Below are positions 63,082 through 64,000 of a stretch of 64,000 bases of DNA, in pieces. Under the pieces are notes generated by a model. That model made no database searches and was not told the DNA's origin. It saw nothing but the letters and a program-made list of their open reading frames with translations. The stretch spans positions 1,564,400 through 1,628,399 of the forward strand of contig JAXGZQ010000001.1 in assembly GCA_040776905.1 (NCBI GenBank). The letters are read 5' to 3'. The stretch is from Clostridia bacterium. Its GTDB lineage: Bacteria > Bacillota > Clostridia > Saccharofermentanales > UBA5734. Position 1 is the first letter of the stretch, and every line of letters begins with the position of its first letter. A program made the translations under genes and the position numbers.

Positions 63082-64000
63082 TCAGGGTTTGATCAGGACT
63101 TTGACCGCCTGCGGCGAGGCCGCCGTTGTAAAGGCTTCCTGCCATTGCTCAAGCGCGTAAATGTGGGACACCACACCGTCAGTGGTCAGCTGGCCGCCGG
63201 CCATCTGCCGGATAATCGTCGGATAACAGTACGGACTCAATTGCGAACCTCGAATGGTGATCTCTTTGGCATCACCGATCAGGCTCCAGTCGACGGTTGA
63301 GGGACCATTCATCACGGAGAATTCGACGAACATGCCAGCCTTGCGAATCATATCCAGACCCTGCTGTACCGCGTCTGGATGTCCGGTTGCCTCAATATAG
63401 ACATCGCAGCCGACATCATCTGTCAGCGCGAGGACCTCAGCGACTGCGTCCTGGTCACGCGGGTTGATCACACGGTCCGCGCCGAATCGTGCAGCCAGTC
63501 CCAGCCGGAGCGGATTGAGATCAAGGACAATCAGCTGTTTGGGCTTATGCCGTTTGATCTGGGGGATCATGGCCAGACCCAGGGTTCCGGCACCAGCCAG
63601 TACAACCGTATCTCCGGAGTGGACGCCGGCCCGTCGGACACCGTGCAGGGCACAGGCGAACGGTTCGACCAGTGCCGCCTGTTCCAGACTCAGTACGGAG
63701 GGCAGGTGATAGTTAAGTGCTTTGGCCGGCAGAAGGGCATATTCAGCCATTCCACCGTTCAAATGCTGTTTAAAGCCGTAGACATCATGAGGCTGGCAGA
63801 GCCAGTACATTTTTTCCTGACAGTACCAGCAGGTCCCGCAGGGTACGATCTGCTCGGAGATGACGCGGTCGCCTGCCTGGAATTCTGCGGTGTCCGGTCC
63901 CGTAGCGACAACATGGCCGGAAAATTCATGTCCGGGGATAAAGGGCGGTTCACAATAGCCGGGCATGCCGCCACCGCCCCAGAAACGGGCCGTCGAATGG
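63082..64000 (-). CDS. zinc-dependent alcohol/polyol dehydrogenase (MDR family), N-terminus beyond the window end
   Basis: Paralogue of the gene at 34202..35272: IPGHEFSG, structural Zn cluster CGTCWYCQEKMYWLC, and VLAGAGTLGLA. The reading frame stays open upstream of the ORF-track Met (63966) to position 64000 (...HSTARFWGGGGMPGYCEPPFIPGHE). Confidence 0.85.
   Translation of the reverse strand, partial: HSTARFWGGGGMPGYCEPPFIPGHEFSGHVVATGPDTAEFQAGDRVISEQIVPCGTCWYCQEKMYWLCQPHDVYGFKQHLNGGMAEYALLPAKALNYHLPSVLSLEQAALVEPFACALHGVRRAGVHSGDTVVLAGAGTLGLAMIPQIKRHKPKQLIVLDLNPLRLGLAARFGADRVINPRDQDAVAEVLALTDDVGCDVYIEATGHPDAVQQGLDMIRKAGMFVEFSVMNGPSTVDWSLIGDAKEITIRGSQLSPYCYPTIIRQMAGGQLTTDGVVSHIYALEQWQEAFTTAASPQAVKVLIKP

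Overview
This is a 64-kb, gene-dense, GC-rich chromosomal segment; GC was judged by eye and not computed. It looks like a Firmicutes/Clostridia-type anaerobe: GGAGG-type Shine-Dalgarno sites precede most genes, and it carries AdhE, a LiaF-like/LytTR pair, a ComEC-like MBL with DUF3006, a Tet(M)-like GTPase and an ARE-like ABC-F. I call 55 protein-coding genes, two of them cut by the window edges, plus one 5-codon leader ORF and one possible gene remnant. I saw no rRNA, tRNA, CRISPR array, integrase, transposase or phage genes. The layout runs as follows. (i) 1-13.9 kb: an ECF sigma/anti-sigma pair, dgoD plus an SDR, adhE divergent from a DeoR regulator, pepF, an AraM-like dehydrogenase, a GNAT, and a secreted MBL with DUF3006. 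(ii) 14-23 kb: an MBL, a sulfatase, an SDR, a transglutaminase-like protein, a GH9 lipoprotein and an ABC-2 exporter. (iii) 23-53 kb: an accessory-looking catabolic island. It holds an amino-acid-type ABC importer, four diverged GH42/GHL6-like paralogues, a second sulfatase, a GH3, a UxuA-like protein, a DUF362 protein, a Zn-ADH, AKRs (one fused to a ferredoxin), SDRs (one catalytically dead), a URO-D-like protein, a sugar-phosphate isomerase and an aminotransferase. An ABC-F gene with a leader peptide and attenuator, a DUF5320 bicistron and a LytTR/LiaF-like module interrupt this island. (iv) 53-64 kb: a Tet(M)-like GTPase coupled to a PQ-loop mini-protein, a zinc-ribbon membrane protein/radical-SAM/ADP-ribosylglycohydrolase operon, an OmpR-type two-component system with a poly-acidic PepSY protein, and a second Zn-ADH paralogue. 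The candidates I rank highest for undescribed biology are the radical-SAM/ARH operon (55.6-59.4 kb), the GH42-like family that keeps its Cys4 zinc site but lacks the clan GH-A acid/base Glu in all four copies, and the self-contained DUF5320 pair. All family assignments rest on motif recognition by eye; no database search was run.
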